Of a DNA stretch of 64,000 nucleotides, positions 40,485 to 51,114 are shown in pieces. This DNA is from an uncultured delta proteobacterium. Its GTDB lineage: Bacteria; Myxococcota; Kuafuiibacteriia; Kuafuiibacteriales; Kuafuiibacteriaceae. Under the pieces are notes generated by a model. That model worked only from the letters and a program-made list of their open reading frames with translations, was not told the DNA's origin and did no database searches. The number at the start of each line of letters is the position of its first letter. Within the stretch, counting starts at the first letter, position 1. Position numbers and translations under genes: made by a program. The stretch spans positions 288,001-352,000 of the forward strand of contig CAWDML010000009.1 of the NCBI GenBank assembly GCA_963803435.1, written 5' to 3'.

Positions 40485-41240
40485 TCAGACGCTCTGGATC
40501 GCCGTCGCCGGCACCCACCCCGAGGTGCCGTCCTGCTCGAGGACCTCGACGAAGCCCTCGGCGCGGTCGAGCACCCGCACCCGGCCGCCGTAGCGCGCCC
40601 GACCCTTGCTCTTGAACTTGGCGTGCGGTCCCTCGCGCAGCTCCACCTTGTCCACGATGACGGCGCGCGGATCGCGGGCGACGATCCAGTGGCCCCCCAC
40701 GACCGCCACCGACACCAGGAGCGCCCCAATCGACAGCGCCATCGACAGACCCAGGGCGCGCGTGAGCCTCTTCGAGTCGCTCCGCCGGCGGAGGAACCAG
40801 GCAAAGAAGAGCAGGACGTCGGCCGCCACCGCGATCCATCCGAACACCACGGGCGAGAGCGGCGCCACCACCGGCTCGATCGCGTCCGCCGCCGTGAGGC
40901 TGGCCGCGGGCTCCTCCTTCTGCTCGCCGGCCAGCGTCTTCCGGACGAGCCTGAGGTTGTCGGCGATCTCGGCGTCGCCCGGCGAGAGGCGGAGCGCGCG
41001 CTCGTAGCTCACGATCGCGTCGATCGGCTTGCCGGCCTGCGCGTAGGCGTTGCCGAGGTTGTAGTAGACGTCGGCGTCGTCAATCCCGCCATCGAGGATG
41101 GTGTGGTAGAGCCCGATCGCGCCCTCGAGATCGCCCTCGAGGGCGCGCTCGTTGGCCGAGCGGAAGTCGGACGACGCCTGCTCCGAGGTGCGCTGACCGG
41201 GGAGCACCGAGAGGATGCAGAGCAACCAGAGCGCGTTCAC
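40485..41240 (-). CDS. batE: BatE-like TPR + SH3 membrane protein
   Basis: YYNLGNAY...AIVSYERALRL.P.D..I..NL; two TMs; LREGP...GWV. Confidence 0.82.
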   Translation of the reverse strand: MNALWLLCILSVLPGQRTSEQASSDFRSANERALEGDLEGAIGLYHTILDGGIDDADVYYNLGNAYAQAGKPIDAIVSYERALRLSPGDAEIADNLRLVRKTLAGEQKEEPAASLTAADAIEPVVAPLSPVVFGWIAVAADVLLFFAWFLRRRSDSKRLTRALGLSMALSIGALLVSVAVVGGHWIVARDPRAVIVDKVELREGPHAKFKSKGRARYGGRVRVLDRAEGFVEVLEQDGTSGWVPATAIQSV

Positions 41241-43045
41241 GCCTTCACCTCCGCCGGCGTCCAGGTGTCGAGCTGCTCGAGCAGCTCGGCCCAGCCGGGC
41301 AGATCCGCGCGGCGCTCCCCCATGCCGAAGCGCGCGTAGTCCGCGGACTCGAGCGCGGCCGTGACGTCCCTGCGGAGCGCCTCCTCCGCGCCGCGCGCTG
41401 CCATGGCCGCGTCGATCTGCTCGATGGTCAGACCCTGGAGCGCCACGCCCAGCTTGGTGCTGCCGAGATCGAGGATCGCCTCTCGCAGCTCGCCGTAGGC
41501 CTCGGCCACCCGGCCCGCCTCGGCCGCCTGCGCGGCCGCCGAGAGTCGCTCGCGGGCGCGACGGGAGGCGGCCCGCTTGCGGGAGGTGGGGGTGTCGCGC
41601 CGGGCGCGGGCGCGGAGGGCTTCGGCCAGGAGCGCCAGCCCGAACAAGAGCGGCGGGCCGGCCAGCATCAGCGCCAGCTGGGGCCGCCTCCAGACGGGCG
41701 GCGCGCTCTTCGAGAGCCGGGAGCGGAACCGCAGCGGCTTCAGGCTGGAGCGCGCGATCCGCTCCGGCTCGCGCTCCGAGATGCCGCCGGGGGGCTCGGT
41801 GGTGTGGCCCATCTCCGCCGACGGGTCGCCCTCGACCGCGATGCGGATCGACTCGGTGGTGAGCCGCCGGTACTCCGAGGTGTCCGGATCGAAGATGGTG
41901 AGATCGAAGGCCGGGATCTCGAGCCGTCCGCCCACCAGCGGCATCAGCAGGATCTCGGCCTGCTTGGCGCCCTTGATCCCGGCCAGGCTGCTGTCGACCT
42001 TGTCGGTGACGGTCGGCGGGAAGACGCGGAAGCCCTGGATGTCGCCCACCTCGGGCAGGCGGGCGTTCTTCACGTTGCCGCGCCCCGAGAGCTCCAGCTT
42101 CAGCACCACCGCCTTGCCGGCCGGCACGGTGGTGTGATCGACGCTGGCCTTGAGCGCGTACTGGCCCACGTTGTTGTTCGAGAAGTCGGAGGGCCGGCCC
42201 TCGGTGGGGAGCGGCTGGATGTCGAGCTCGAGGGGCGCCGTCTGGCGGCGGATCCGGCGGCCCGAGGAGAACAGGGAGCGGCCCGTGCTGAAGCTGACCG
42301 CGGCCGGCGGGATGGTCTTCTTCCCCTTGGCCAGCGGGAACAGCGCCACGCGCCAGACCCGATAGACGTCGTAGCGGTGCCCGGCCACGGTCTCGACGGT
42401 CCGGTTGAGCCGCTTCGGCTGATCGACGACCTCCTTCCAGAAGCCGTCGAGCTCCGGCGGACCGCCCACGTCCTCCACCGAGAAGCCGCTGCCGGGCTGG
42501 GCGAAGATCTCCATGTCCATGAGGATCTGCTGCCCGAGATAGGCCTTGGCGCGATCGACGCGGTAGCGCACGAACAGGGTCCGCTCGGCGCCCTCGGGCG
42601 GCGCCACCGCGCCGGCCTCGGCAGGGGTGGCCGCCGGCGCGCTGCTGCCCGTCACCACCAGCGCGGTGGCCTTCGTCTTGGCCTCGTACTGGCCGAGGCG
42701 CGCGGTGAAGGGCGGGATGGTGATCTGTCCGGGCTTGTCGGCCTGGTACTCGATGCTGAGCGTCACCTCGCGGGTGATGCTCTGCCCGGCGTTGGTCCAG
42801 GAGATCGAGGTGCCCTCGCTCTGCGAGCGGCTCACCTCCGTCAGGCCGTCGATGGCCGGCGGCCGGATGTCGACCGAGCCGTCGGCTTTGGCCACGGCGG
42901 TGATCTGGACCGTGACGATGTCGCCGACCAGCACCGAGGTGTCGCTGAGCGTGGCGTCCAGCGTGAGCATCGCGCCCTCGGCCCGGGCCGCCGGCGCGAA
43001 GACGAGCGCGGTCCCGAGGACCGCGATCATGCTGAAGACGCGCAT
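41237..43045 (-). CDS. batD: BatD family protein
   Basis: Signal peptide; Ig-like repeats (S.S.TN, YLGQQ, ALFPL..G, PLP, VGQY, GRGN, F.VF, FDP..Y); TM; operon position. Confidence 0.85.
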   Translation of the reverse strand: MRVFSMIAVLGTALVFAPAARAEGAMLTLDATLSDTSVLVGDIVTVQITAVAKADGSVDIRPPAIDGLTEVSRSQSEGTSISWTNAGQSITREVTLSIEYQADKPGQITIPPFTARLGQYEAKTKATALVVTGSSAPAATPAEAGAVAPPEGAERTLFVRYRVDRAKAYLGQQILMDMEIFAQPGSGFSVEDVGGPPELDGFWKEVVDQPKRLNRTVETVAGHRYDVYRVWRVALFPLAKGKKTIPPAAVSFSTGRSLFSSGRRIRRQTAPLELDIQPLPTEGRPSDFSNNNVGQYALKASVDHTTVPAGKAVVLKLELSGRGNVKNARLPEVGDIQGFRVFPPTVTDKVDSSLAGIKGAKQAEILLMPLVGGRLEIPAFDLTIFDPDTSEYRRLTTESIRIAVEGDPSAEMGHTTEPPGGISEREPERIARSSLKPLRFRSRLSKSAPPVWRRPQLALMLAGPPLLFGLALLAEALRARARRDTPTSRKRAASRRARERLSAAAQAAEAGRVAEAYGELREAILDLGSTKLGVALQGLTIEQIDAAMAARGAEEALRRDVTAALESADYARFGMGERRADLPGWAELLEQLDTWTPAEVKA

Positions 43046-44941
43046 CACCAATCCTTCTCGACGGGACCGTGGGGCAGCTTCTCCATCAGCTTCTTCCGCT
43101 CCAGCGTCTTCTCGTGCTCCTCGAGCGCGTCGAGGAGCTGCTCGGCCTTCTGCTTGCCCGGGTCCTCGTCCTTCGGCTCTTGCTGCTTCTCCTCGGCTTG
43201 TCCAGCGGAACCCGCGTCCTGCATCGCGCCCGCGTCGGCGCCGCCCGAGGACCCGCCGCCACCGTCGCTCTGACTCGCGGAATCCGCCGTCCTCGCTGCC
43301 CTGCGAGCCGCCGCCGTCGCCGCTGCCGCCGTCTCCCACGCCCGCGTCGGACGCGCCGCCATCGCCGTCGCCGGCGTCCGGCTGTTGCCCGCCGTCGGGC
43401 GGCCCGGCGTCCTGATCGTTGGGCGGGGGCTGGTTCTGATCGTCGTTCTTCTGGTTCGGATCCTTCGGCTGCGCCTCCTGGATCCGCTTGAGGCTCTGCG
43501 CGATCTCCAGGTTCCGCCGCGCGCCCGACAGGCGCGGATCCTCCAAGAGCGAGCGGCGGTACGCGCCGATGGCGTCGTCGTACTTCTTGAGCTTTCGGTA
43601 CGCGTTCCCCAGCGCGAAGGCGGCCCGCAATCGCAGGTTCGGATCGCTCGAGCCCTCGAGCGCGCGCTGGAGCTCGCCGATGGCGGTGTCGAGCTCGCCG
43701 CGCGCCGCCTCGGCGAGGCCGCGATCGAAGGCGAGCCGCGGGTCGTGACCGAGGTGCTTCTCTGCCTCCTGGTAGGACTCGACGGCGTCGGCGGCGCGGC
43801 CCTCGGTGAGCGCCTTGTTCCCCTTCGACACGTCGGGATCGTCGGCCTCGAAGGGCGCCGCCAGGGCCCGGGCCGCGCTCAGGTGGATCGCCAGCACCAC
43901 CAGGCCCTTCAGCACCAGGCGCACGCGGGGGCGGGTGGGCCGGATCAGCGTCCCCAGGAGGAGGAAGAGCAGCGCCGGCACCAGCACCCACTGGTAGCGC
44001 TCCTCGTAGACGCGGATGGTCCGGTCCTGGAGCTCGGCCTTCTTGAGGCGAGCCAGGTGCGCCGCCACCGGCGTGAGGTCGAGCCCGCCCGAGGAGCCAG
44101 GGAGCGCCACCAGACCGCCGCCGGCGGTGGCGATGGCCTCGAGCGTCTCCTCGCCCAGGCGCGAGACCACGGTCTGCCCGCTCTTGTCCTTCACGTACCC
44201 GTTGAGGTTGCCCTTGGCGTCGTAGACCGGGATGGGCTCGCCGGTCCGGGAGCCCACGCCGATCACGTGGACCTCGATGCCCGCCTTCTTGGCGTCGGCC
44301 GCCACCGACTCGGCGTCGCCCTTGTGGTTCTCGCCGTCGGTGACGATGACGATCGCCTTTGCCGAGTCCTTCACCTTCGAGGCGTCGAGCGCGCGCTTGG
44401 CCGCGGTGATGGCGTCGCCGATGGCGGTGCCGCCGCGGGGCAGATCGTCGGGCGTGGCGGCGTCGAGCTGGAGCAGCACCGCCGAGTGATCCACGGTGAG
44501 CGGCGACAGCGGCAGCGCCACCGAGGTGAAGCCGACCAGCCCCACGCGGTCGCCTCGCAGCTCCTCGATCAACCCCTTGAGCTCGATCTTGGCCCGCTCC
44601 AGCCGCGAGGGCACCACGTCGCGCGCCAGCATCGAGCGCGAGAGGTCGAGCGCGATCACCACGTCCATGCCCCGCGACTTGCGGGTCTCGCTGCGCATGC
44701 CGAACTGCGGGCGGGCCAGCGCCACCACCACGAAGCAGAGCGCCACCGCGAAGCAGATCGCCTGGGCGAGCCGCGCCGTGGCGCCGGCCTCGCGCCCTGC
44801 CAGCGCCATCTCCTCCAGGAGCTCGACCGACCCCGCCGCGGCGAGCAGGCGCTTCCGCCGCCGTTCGCCCAGCACGTAGCCGAGGAACACCAGCGGGACC
44901 AGGATGAGGGCGAGGAACGCCCAGGGCTCGCCGAACCTCAC
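43045..44941 (-). CDS. batB: BatB (VWA) fused to BatC-like TPR and acidic tail (+1 frameshift at 43280-43284)
   Basis: ALARPQFG, DLSRSMLARDV.PSRLERAK, PLT.D, GGTAIGDA, TDGE.H, YEERYQW; TPRs; the repaired C-terminus ends AEQLLDAL...VEKDW (BatC-type end). Confidence 0.85.
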
Positions 44942-45954
44942 GGGAACCTCCGGAGGCGGGTCGAGCGCACCACCAGCTCGACCGCCAGCAGGATCAGCCC
45001 GAGCAGCACGAACCAGGGGAACAGCTCGTCGCGCGGGGTGCTGTAGACCGTGTTGTCGAGGCGCGCCTTGTCGAGAGTGTCGAGGACGTCGGTGAGCCGC
45101 TCGTCGAGCTCCTGTCCGTCCTTGGCGGTGTAGGCCTGGCCGCCGCTGATCCTCGCGATCTCCTCCAGGAGCGCCGGGTTCGTCGGCACCACCCGGTCGC
45201 GGTAGACCAGGCGACCGAACAGATCCTTGCCGGCGGGGAAGGGCACCGGCCCGCCCCGACCGATCAGGATGGTGTACACGCGGACGCCGAGCTCCTTGGC
45301 GAACTCGGCCGCCTTCTTCGGCGAGATCTCGCCCGAGTTGTTGTCGCCGTCGGTGAGCAGCACCACCACGCGGCTGGTGGCGTCGCTGTGCCGCAGCCGG
45401 TTGAGCGCGGTGCCGATGGCGCTGCCGATGGCGGTGCCGTCGGGGAGCATGCCGACGTCGAGCTCCTCGAGCAGCTCCACCAGCAGCGAGTAGTCGAGCG
45501 TGAGCGGCGCCCAGGTGGAGGCCTCGCCCGCGAACACCACCAGGCCGATCCGATCGTTGGTCCGCTTGTTGATGAACTGCTCGATGGACTGCTTGGCCAC
45601 GAACATGCGGTCCCGCGGCTGGAAGTCGGCGGCCTGCATCGAGCAGGAGGTGTCGATGGCCAGGATGATGTCGATGCCCTCGGTGTCGTCGGCCGTGGGC
45701 GAGCCCAGGACCTGAGGCCGGGCCAGCGCCAGCACGATCATCGAGAGCGCCAGGAGGCGCAGGGCGTCGGGGAGCCAGACGATCCGCACCCAGACGGTGC
45801 GCGGCAGCCCGTCCACCAGCGACGAGGAGGAGAACAGCATCGCCGGCTCGCGCCCGCTCCTCCGCCGCCAGACCAGGTAGCCGAGGATGGCCGCGATGGG
45901 GACGAAGCCGAGCAGGTACCAAGGCGACGCGAAGGCGATCCGATCGAGGCTCAC
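44938..45954 (-). CDS. batA: BatA-like VWA domain protein
   Basis: FASPW.L, ALARPQ, DTSCSM.A.DF.P.DR, DRIGLVVF, PLTLD, GTAIG, LLTDG.NN.G.I.P. Confidence 0.9.
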   Translation of the reverse strand: MSLDRIAFASPWYLLGFVPIAAILGYLVWRRRSGREPAMLFSSSSLVDGLPRTVWVRIVWLPDALRLLALSMIVLALARPQVLGSPTADDTEGIDIILAIDTSCSMQAADFQPRDRMFVAKQSIEQFINKRTNDRIGLVVFAGEASTWAPLTLDYSLLVELLEELDVGMLPDGTAIGSAIGTALNRLRHSDATSRVVVLLTDGDNNSGEISPKKAAEFAKELGVRVYTILIGRGGPVPFPAGKDLFGRLVYRDRVVPTNPALLEEIARISGGQAYTAKDGQELDERLTDVLDTLDKARLDNTVYSTPRDELFPWFVLLGLILLAVELVVRSTRLRRFP

Positions 45955-46868
45955 GGCGTGGCCTCCTTCGGGCGCGTCGCCTCCACGATCGCGCGGGCCT
46001 GGTCGAAGGCCTCCACGGCCTCGTCGCGCGTGGGCCGGTACTTGGCGAACTTCACCAGATCGGCCCGGGCCAGCAGATCGCGGAGGCCGTCGACCCGCCG
46101 CTCCCCGAGCGCGTCCATCAGCTCGTCCACCGTCAGGTCCAGCGAGTCGAAGCCGTAGCGCCCGCCGGTGTACTCGCGGAGGATCTCCGAGAGCTCGGTG
46201 AAGAACTCCTTGAGCGCGCCGTCGCGCGGGTGGCCGGCGGCCGCCAGGGCGTCGAGCCGCTCGAAGGCCACCTCGTGCGCCGGACGCGGTGGCGGCGGGG
46301 GCGGCGCGGGCACCGGCCGATCGCGCCGCGCCTTCAGCACCTTGAGGATCACGTAGGCGGCGATCGCCACGAAGAGGACCGCGCCGCCCGCCCACAGGAT
46401 CGTGTAGTCGGGCCCGGTGATGGCCTGGGGCGCCGGATCCTGGGCGGCCAGCTTCTCCAGCTCCGGGATCGCCTGCGTGAGGGTGGAGGCGGCGACCTTC
46501 TGCTCGTCCCCCGAGAAGCCCGACGCCACCGACACCGCCAGCTCGGGCGTCTTCGCGGTGGTGGAGCCCAGCGCCAGCGGGATGGCCGGGACGGTGAGAT
46601 CGCCCGGGTCGAACGCGATCAGCTCCAGCCGGTAGTGATCGATCTCGTCGCCGCCCACCTGCGTGCGCTCGTGGAGCCGCGCCCCGGTGCGCTCGCCGAT
46701 GCTCTTGCCCAGCTCGATCGCCTGAGGGAGCAGCGCGATGCGACCCGGCGCGTGGCGGGCCTCGATGGAGAGCCAGAAGGGCTCGCCCACGCCCACCGTC
46801 ACCGAAGCGTCGCCCGGGAGCACCAGCTCGGCCGCGATCGACAGCGAGGTGCTGGAGGTGACGGTCAT
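45951..46868 (-). CDS. Membrane protein of Bat/MoxR operons (DUF4381-like)
   Basis: TM followed by PPPRPAHE.A...L, LSEILREY...YG, T.DE, ADLVKFAK. Confidence 0.78.
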   Translation of the reverse strand: MTVTSSTSLSIAAELVLPGDASVTVGVGEPFWLSIEARHAPGRIALLPQAIELGKSIGERTGARLHERTQVGGDEIDHYRLELIAFDPGDLTVPAIPLALGSTTAKTPELAVSVASGFSGDEQKVAASTLTQAIPELEKLAAQDPAPQAITGPDYTILWAGGAVLFVAIAAYVILKVLKARRDRPVPAPPPPPPRPAHEVAFERLDALAAAGHPRDGALKEFFTELSEILREYTGGRYGFDSLDLTVDELMDALGERRVDGLRDLLARADLVKFAKYRPTRDEAVEAFDQARAIVEATRPKEATP

Positions 46869-47785
46869 CGGCCCGCCCTCAGCCGCGTGGAGCGGGCCCG
46901 GAAGAACTCCACCAGCGGCGTCACGAAGTCGCCGTCGGTGGACAGGTCCACCAGATCGAGGCCGAGCTGGTGGAAGCGCTTCTTGGTCTCGTCGCGCTCG
47001 CGCTTCCGCCTCTGCTGGTAGGACGCGCGGACCCGCGGGCTCGACGAGTCGATCAGCTCCACCTTGCCGGTCTCGGCGTCGACCAGCTCGACCAGCCCCA
47101 GGTCCGGGAGCTGCTGCTCGGCGGGGTCGGCGACGCGCACCGCCACCACGTCGTGCCGCGCCATCGCCACCTTGAGCGCAGGCTCGTAGCGGAGGCGGTG
47201 CTCGGCGTCGCCCGGCCGGCGCGGATCGATGAAGTCCGAGAGCACGAAGCAGACCGAGCGGCGCTTCTGCACCCGCGACAGATAGGCGAGCGCCTCGTTG
47301 ATCGAGGTGCCGGCCGCCTTGGGTTGCACCTCGAAGATCTCGCGGATCACGCGGAGCACGTGGCGGGTCCCCTTGCGCGGCGGCAGGTAGAGCTCGACGC
47401 CCTCGGTGAAGAGCAACAGCCCCACACGGTCGTTGTTCTTGATCGCGGAGAACGCGATGAGCGCGCCCACCTCGGCCAGCACGCTCCGCTTCTTCTTGCC
47501 GCGGGTGCCGAAGCCGCCCGAGGCCGACAGGTCGACCACCAAGGTCACCGTCAGCTCCCGCTCCTCGACGAACTGCTTGACGAAGATGCCCTGGGCGCGG
47601 GCGGAGACGTTCCAGTCGATGTGGCGGATGTCGTCGCCCGGCGTGTAGGGCCGAACCTCGGAGAACGACATGCCCTGGCCCTTGAAGACGGAGTGATAGC
47701 GACCGGCCAGCTCGGCGTTCACCGCCCGCTTGGTCGCGATCTCGATCCGGCGCACGGCCTTGAGGATTTCGCGTGCCGTATGCAT
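46865..47785 (-). CDS. DUF58 family protein
   Basis: G.YHSVFKGQGM.F.EVR.Y.PGDDIR.IDWNVSAR, EERE, DLSAS, NDRVGL, SDF. Confidence 0.93.
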   Translation of the reverse strand: MHTAREILKAVRRIEIATKRAVNAELAGRYHSVFKGQGMSFSEVRPYTPGDDIRHIDWNVSARAQGIFVKQFVEERELTVTLVVDLSASGGFGTRGKKKRSVLAEVGALIAFSAIKNNDRVGLLLFTEGVELYLPPRKGTRHVLRVIREIFEVQPKAAGTSINEALAYLSRVQKRRSVCFVLSDFIDPRRPGDAEHRLRYEPALKVAMARHDVVAVRVADPAEQQLPDLGLVELVDAETGKVELIDSSSPRVRASYQQRRKRERDETKKRFHQLGLDLVDLSTDGDFVTPLVEFFRARSTRLRAGR

Positions 47786-47792
47786 GGGCGCG

Positions 47793-48809
47793 TCACGGGA
47801 TCGGGACGGTGTCGAAGACCCGCTGGATGATGTCCTCCACGCTGACGTTCTCGGCCTCGGCCTCGTACGAGAGCTTGATCCGGTGCCGCAGGACGTCGGG
47901 GCCGATCGCCTTCACGTCGTCCGGGAAGACCGCGGGCCGCCGCTTGAGGAACGCGTGGGCCCGGGCCGCGTGGTCGAGCGAGAGCGAGGCGCGCGGCGAG
48001 CCGCCCATCTCGATCAGGTCCTCGAGATCCGCGAGGCCCGCCTTCTTGGGCTCGCGGGTGGCCCACACCAGATCGAGGATGTAGTCCTTCACCTTGTCGT
48101 CGGAGTGGATGTTCCGGACGATGGCGCGGGCCCGATCGATTTGCTCGGTGGTCACCACCGGCGCCAGCACGGGGGCCTCGCTCTTCCCCATGCGCTCGAG
48201 GATCAGCTTCTCCTCCTCGCGGGTGGGGTAGCCCACGCGGACGTGGAGCATGAAGCGGTCGGTCTGGGCCTCGGGGAGCGGATAGGTCCCCTCCTGCTCG
48301 ATCGGGTTCTGGGTGGCGAGGACCAAGAACGGCGAGGGCAAGGGATAGGTGGTGTCGCCGATGGTCACCTGCCGCTCCTGCATGGCCTCGAGGAGCGCCG
48401 ACTGGACCTTCGCAGGGGCGCGGTTGATCTCGTCGGCCAGGATCAGGTTGGCGAAGATCGGGCCCTTGCGGGGGCGGAACTCCTGGTTCTTCGGATCGAA
48501 GACCAGGGTCCCGATCAGATCGGCCGGCAGCAGGTCGGGCGTGAACTGGATGCGGGCGAACCGGGCGGCCACGGCGTCGGCCACCGAGCGCACGGCCAGG
48601 GTCTTGGCGAGGCCGGGCACACCCTCGAGCAGGATGTGCCCGCCGGTGAGCAGGCCGATGAGCATGCGGTCCACCATCCGGCGCTGGCCCACGATGACCT
48701 TGCCGATCTCGTTGGAGAGCTCGACGACGAAGGCGGATTCCTCCTGGATCACATCCATCATCCGGCGGATGTCCGGCGAGACGCCGGTGGCAGCGGTTTC
48801 CAGCGACAA
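47793..48809 (-). CDS. moxR: MoxR-family AAA+ ATPase
   Basis: LEGVPGLAKT, RIQFTPDLLPAD, ADEINRAPAKVQSALLEAM, ATQNPIEQEGTYPLPEAQ.DRF; likely TTG start after GGAGG. Confidence 0.95.
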   Translation of the reverse strand: MSLETAATGVSPDIRRMMDVIQEESAFVVELSNEIGKVIVGQRRMVDRMLIGLLTGGHILLEGVPGLAKTLAVRSVADAVAARFARIQFTPDLLPADLIGTLVFDPKNQEFRPRKGPIFANLILADEINRAPAKVQSALLEAMQERQVTIGDTTYPLPSPFLVLATQNPIEQEGTYPLPEAQTDRFMLHVRVGYPTREEEKLILERMGKSEAPVLAPVVTTEQIDRARAIVRNIHSDDKVKDYILDLVWATREPKKAGLADLEDLIEMGGSPRASLSLDHAARAHAFLKRRPAVFPDDVKAIGPDVLRHRIKLSYEAEAENVSVEDIIQRVFDTVPIP

Positions 48810-48879
48810 AATTGACTCCTCCCGCGGGCTTTGGAACCGGACACCTATCACATCCATTCCCGTTTCGCGCTCAAGGATC

Positions 48880-48908
48880 TTGACTTACCGGGAGGCCCTG
48901 AATACCTC
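48880..48908 (+). promoter_or_regulatory. Putative sigma70-type promoter
   Basis: TTGACT-N17-TACCTC, 11 nt before ATG 48920. Confidence 0.35.
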
Positions 48909-48919
48909 GAACGCGGCGT

Positions 48920-49246
48920 ATGACCGATCTCAGCAAAGTCGACATCCGGACGGTCCACCGTCACATCAGCAAGGGCAAGCTGACCCAGGAGGAGTACGAC
49001 AAGTACCTGGCCTCCCTCTCGGATCTCGAAGGGTCCGCCGACTTCGTCGACTACGAGGCCAAGTTCCAGGTCGAGGCCGAGGAGGAGGCCCGGCGCGCCG
49101 CGCTGGAGGCCGCCGAGGCCGCCAAGAACCCGCCGCCCCGCCCGCCGCCGCTCCCCGCCACCGCCACCGCGCTCGCCCCGGATCGCGACTCGCTCGACGA
49201 CGACTTCGACGACGACGGCGACACCGACGGAGGCCCGAGCTTTTGA
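48920..49246 (+). CDS. Small hypothetical protein
   Basis: DIRTVHRHISKGKLTQEEYDKYLASLSD plus acidic tail; good codon bias; stop overlaps the next start. Confidence 0.75.
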   Translation: MTDLSKVDIRTVHRHISKGKLTQEEYDKYLASLSDLEGSADFVDYEAKFQVEAEEEARRAALEAAEAAKNPPPRPPPLPATATALAPDRDSLDDDFDDDGDTDGGPSF

Positions 49247-49536
49247 GCGACGAGAAGGGCTCTCCCGAGGGTGATCACAAGATCGCCTTCACCGAGTTCG
49301 TCCTCTCCATCGCGACGCACGCGATCGTCCACCTCGGAGGGGACGATTCGCAGCCGGATCGGGTGGCGCCCGCCGTCGATCTCGCCCAGGCCGCCCAGTA
49401 CATCGACATCCTGCTGATGCTGAAGGACAAGACACGAGGGAATCTGGAGAAGCCGGAAGAGGTGCTGATCGACTCACTCTTGTACGACCTCCGGATGAAA
49501 TACCTGGAGGTCGCGGGACAAGGGCGCAGCCGCTGA
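49243..49536 (+). CDS. DUF1844 family protein
   Basis: TTG start; F.EFVLSIA..A..HLG, DLAQA...IDIL.ML..KTRGNL..EE..IDSLLYDLRMKY. Confidence 0.85.
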   Translation: MSDEKGSPEGDHKIAFTEFVLSIATHAIVHLGGDDSQPDRVAPAVDLAQAAQYIDILLMLKDKTRGNLEKPEEVLIDSLLYDLRMKYLEVAGQGRSR

Positions 49537-50642
49537 AGAGCGTCATCATCATCGACGACAACGTCGAGTTCGCCTCGCTCCTCGGGACGCTGATCGCCGA
49601 GCAACGCCTCCGCCCATACCTCGCTCATACCGCCGAAGACGGCGCCCGACTGGTGGCCGAGCACGTCGATGCCGCCGCCGTGGTGCTCGATCTCTTGCTG
49701 CCGGATCTGACCGGACAAAAGCTCCTCCATCGTCTGCTCAAGGCGGGCCGCACGCTCCCGCCGGTGATCGTCGTGACCGCCGTGTTCAAGGGCGCCGGCC
49801 AGCAGGAGAAGCTCCGGGAGATGTGCCCGCTGGCCGGGTGGTACGAGAAGCCTTTCGACACGCGGCTGCTGGTGGAGCAGGTCGCCCGCCTGGCCGGCCG
49901 CGATCCGGTGGCGCGCAAGCCGCAGGCGCCGTTCGACACGGACTCCGAGGATCGGACCGTCTTCGACGCGCTCACCTTCAGCGCCCGCACGCCCACGCCC
50001 GATCAGGTGGCGACGCACCTCAAGACCGGCCTCCGCACCGGCGATCTGGCGCGCACCACCGTGCCGTCGCTGATCTCGGCGTTCTACGCCGCTCAGGAGA
50101 CCGGCGAGATCGCGCTTCAGCGGGGAGAGCGGCGCCGCCTGCTCCTGTTCTCGCGGGGCCGTCCCGTCCACGCGATGGCGAACGATCTGAAGACCTCGGC
50201 GTTCGAGATCGCAAAGCGAACGTTCGCCTGGGCCTCCGGGCGCTACGCCGTCGGCTTCCGCGCTCACGCCGTCCTGCCTTCGCGCGATGACCCCCATCCT
50301 GGGGGCCTCAAGACCGACGCCGACGCCGCCGCCGCGCCCGAGGGCGTGATCGATCCGGCGCGGCTGATCCTGGAGGGCGTGCGCGAGCTGTTCGAGGTCG
50401 ATCGTCTGCGCGCGCTGGTGCCGCCCAAGATGCGGCCGGTCCAGTCGCCCAGCGCGGCCTTCCCGCTGTACGAGCTGCCGCTGACGGACCTCGAGGCCAA
50501 GGTCCTGCTCCGCGCCACCGGCGATCGGAGCGTCGACACGATCCTGCGGGAGATGGGCGGTCGCGCCGAGCGGGTGACGCTGGCGGCGCTCTACTCGTTG
50601 TTGACGTTGGGCGTGCTGGTCGACGTGCGCGCGCTGCCCTGA
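49533..50642 (+). CDS. Response regulator receiver fused to a DUF4388/PATAN-like domain
   Basis: IIIDD, VVLDLLLP, VTAV, EKPF; GDL....VP.LI......ETG.I.L...F..G.P..A; F.W..G.Y. The receiver N-terminus begins at in-frame CTG 49533. Confidence 0.8.
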   Translation: MKSVIIIDDNVEFASLLGTLIAEQRLRPYLAHTAEDGARLVAEHVDAAAVVLDLLLPDLTGQKLLHRLLKAGRTLPPVIVVTAVFKGAGQQEKLREMCPLAGWYEKPFDTRLLVEQVARLAGRDPVARKPQAPFDTDSEDRTVFDALTFSARTPTPDQVATHLKTGLRTGDLARTTVPSLISAFYAAQETGEIALQRGERRRLLLFSRGRPVHAMANDLKTSAFEIAKRTFAWASGRYAVGFRAHAVLPSRDDPHPGGLKTDADAAAAPEGVIDPARLILEGVRELFEVDRLRALVPPKMRPVQSPSAAFPLYELPLTDLEAKVLLRATGDRSVDTILREMGGRAERVTLAALYSLLTLGVLVDVRALP

Positions 50643-51085
50643 CCGAGGGCCGCCGAGAGATCGGGCGCCGGGTGGAGCGAGTCGACCAGGTCGACCTTCC
50701 ACGCGGTGCCCTCCCGCACCATGCGGATGTCGGCGCTCTTGCCCCCGGCCACCGTCACCCGGAGCTTCGCCTCGTTGCCGAGCGGCGACACCACCACCAC
50801 GCTCTCGGGGGGGCTCATCACCACCAGGCCCAGGTCGCCGAACAGGATCTCCGAGGCCAGGTCGTCGTCCGCCTTGCTGCCTGCGGCCACCAGCTGCTGG
50901 TGCGCTTCGAGCAGCCGGTGCTTGCTGGACTCGGACAGCGCGGCCCACGCCGCGTCGGCCCTCCCATACTGAAGGTCCGCGAGGAACGCGTTGAGCGCCT
51001 CCTCCGGTTTGGGACGCCGGTCCGCACACGCGGCGGTGAACGCGCAAGTTAGGGCGACTACGGGGAGAAGGGAGACGGTCCGCAT
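50591..51085 (-). CDS. Hypothetical lipoprotein (NTF2-like fold possible)
   Basis: Lipobox TAAC; PEEA...F...L..G...AAW..LS; MVREG..WKV. Confidence 0.72.
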   Translation of the reverse strand: MRTVSLLPVVALTCAFTAACADRRPKPEEALNAFLADLQYGRADAAWAALSESSKHRLLEAHQQLVAAGSKADDDLASEILFGDLGLVVMSPPESVVVVSPLGNEAKLRVTVAGGKSADIRMVREGTAWKVDLVDSLHPAPDLSAALGQGSARTSTSTPNVNNE

Positions 51086-51114
51086 CGGAATCCGCGTGCA
51101 CCTCACGCTACACG

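Noticed and set aside
41237-45922. 1561-aa BatB-BatC-BatD mega-fusion
   Set aside because: Artefact of the 43280 insertion. The repaired BatB/C ends in VEKDW* at 43045, and BatD has its own start and signal peptide.
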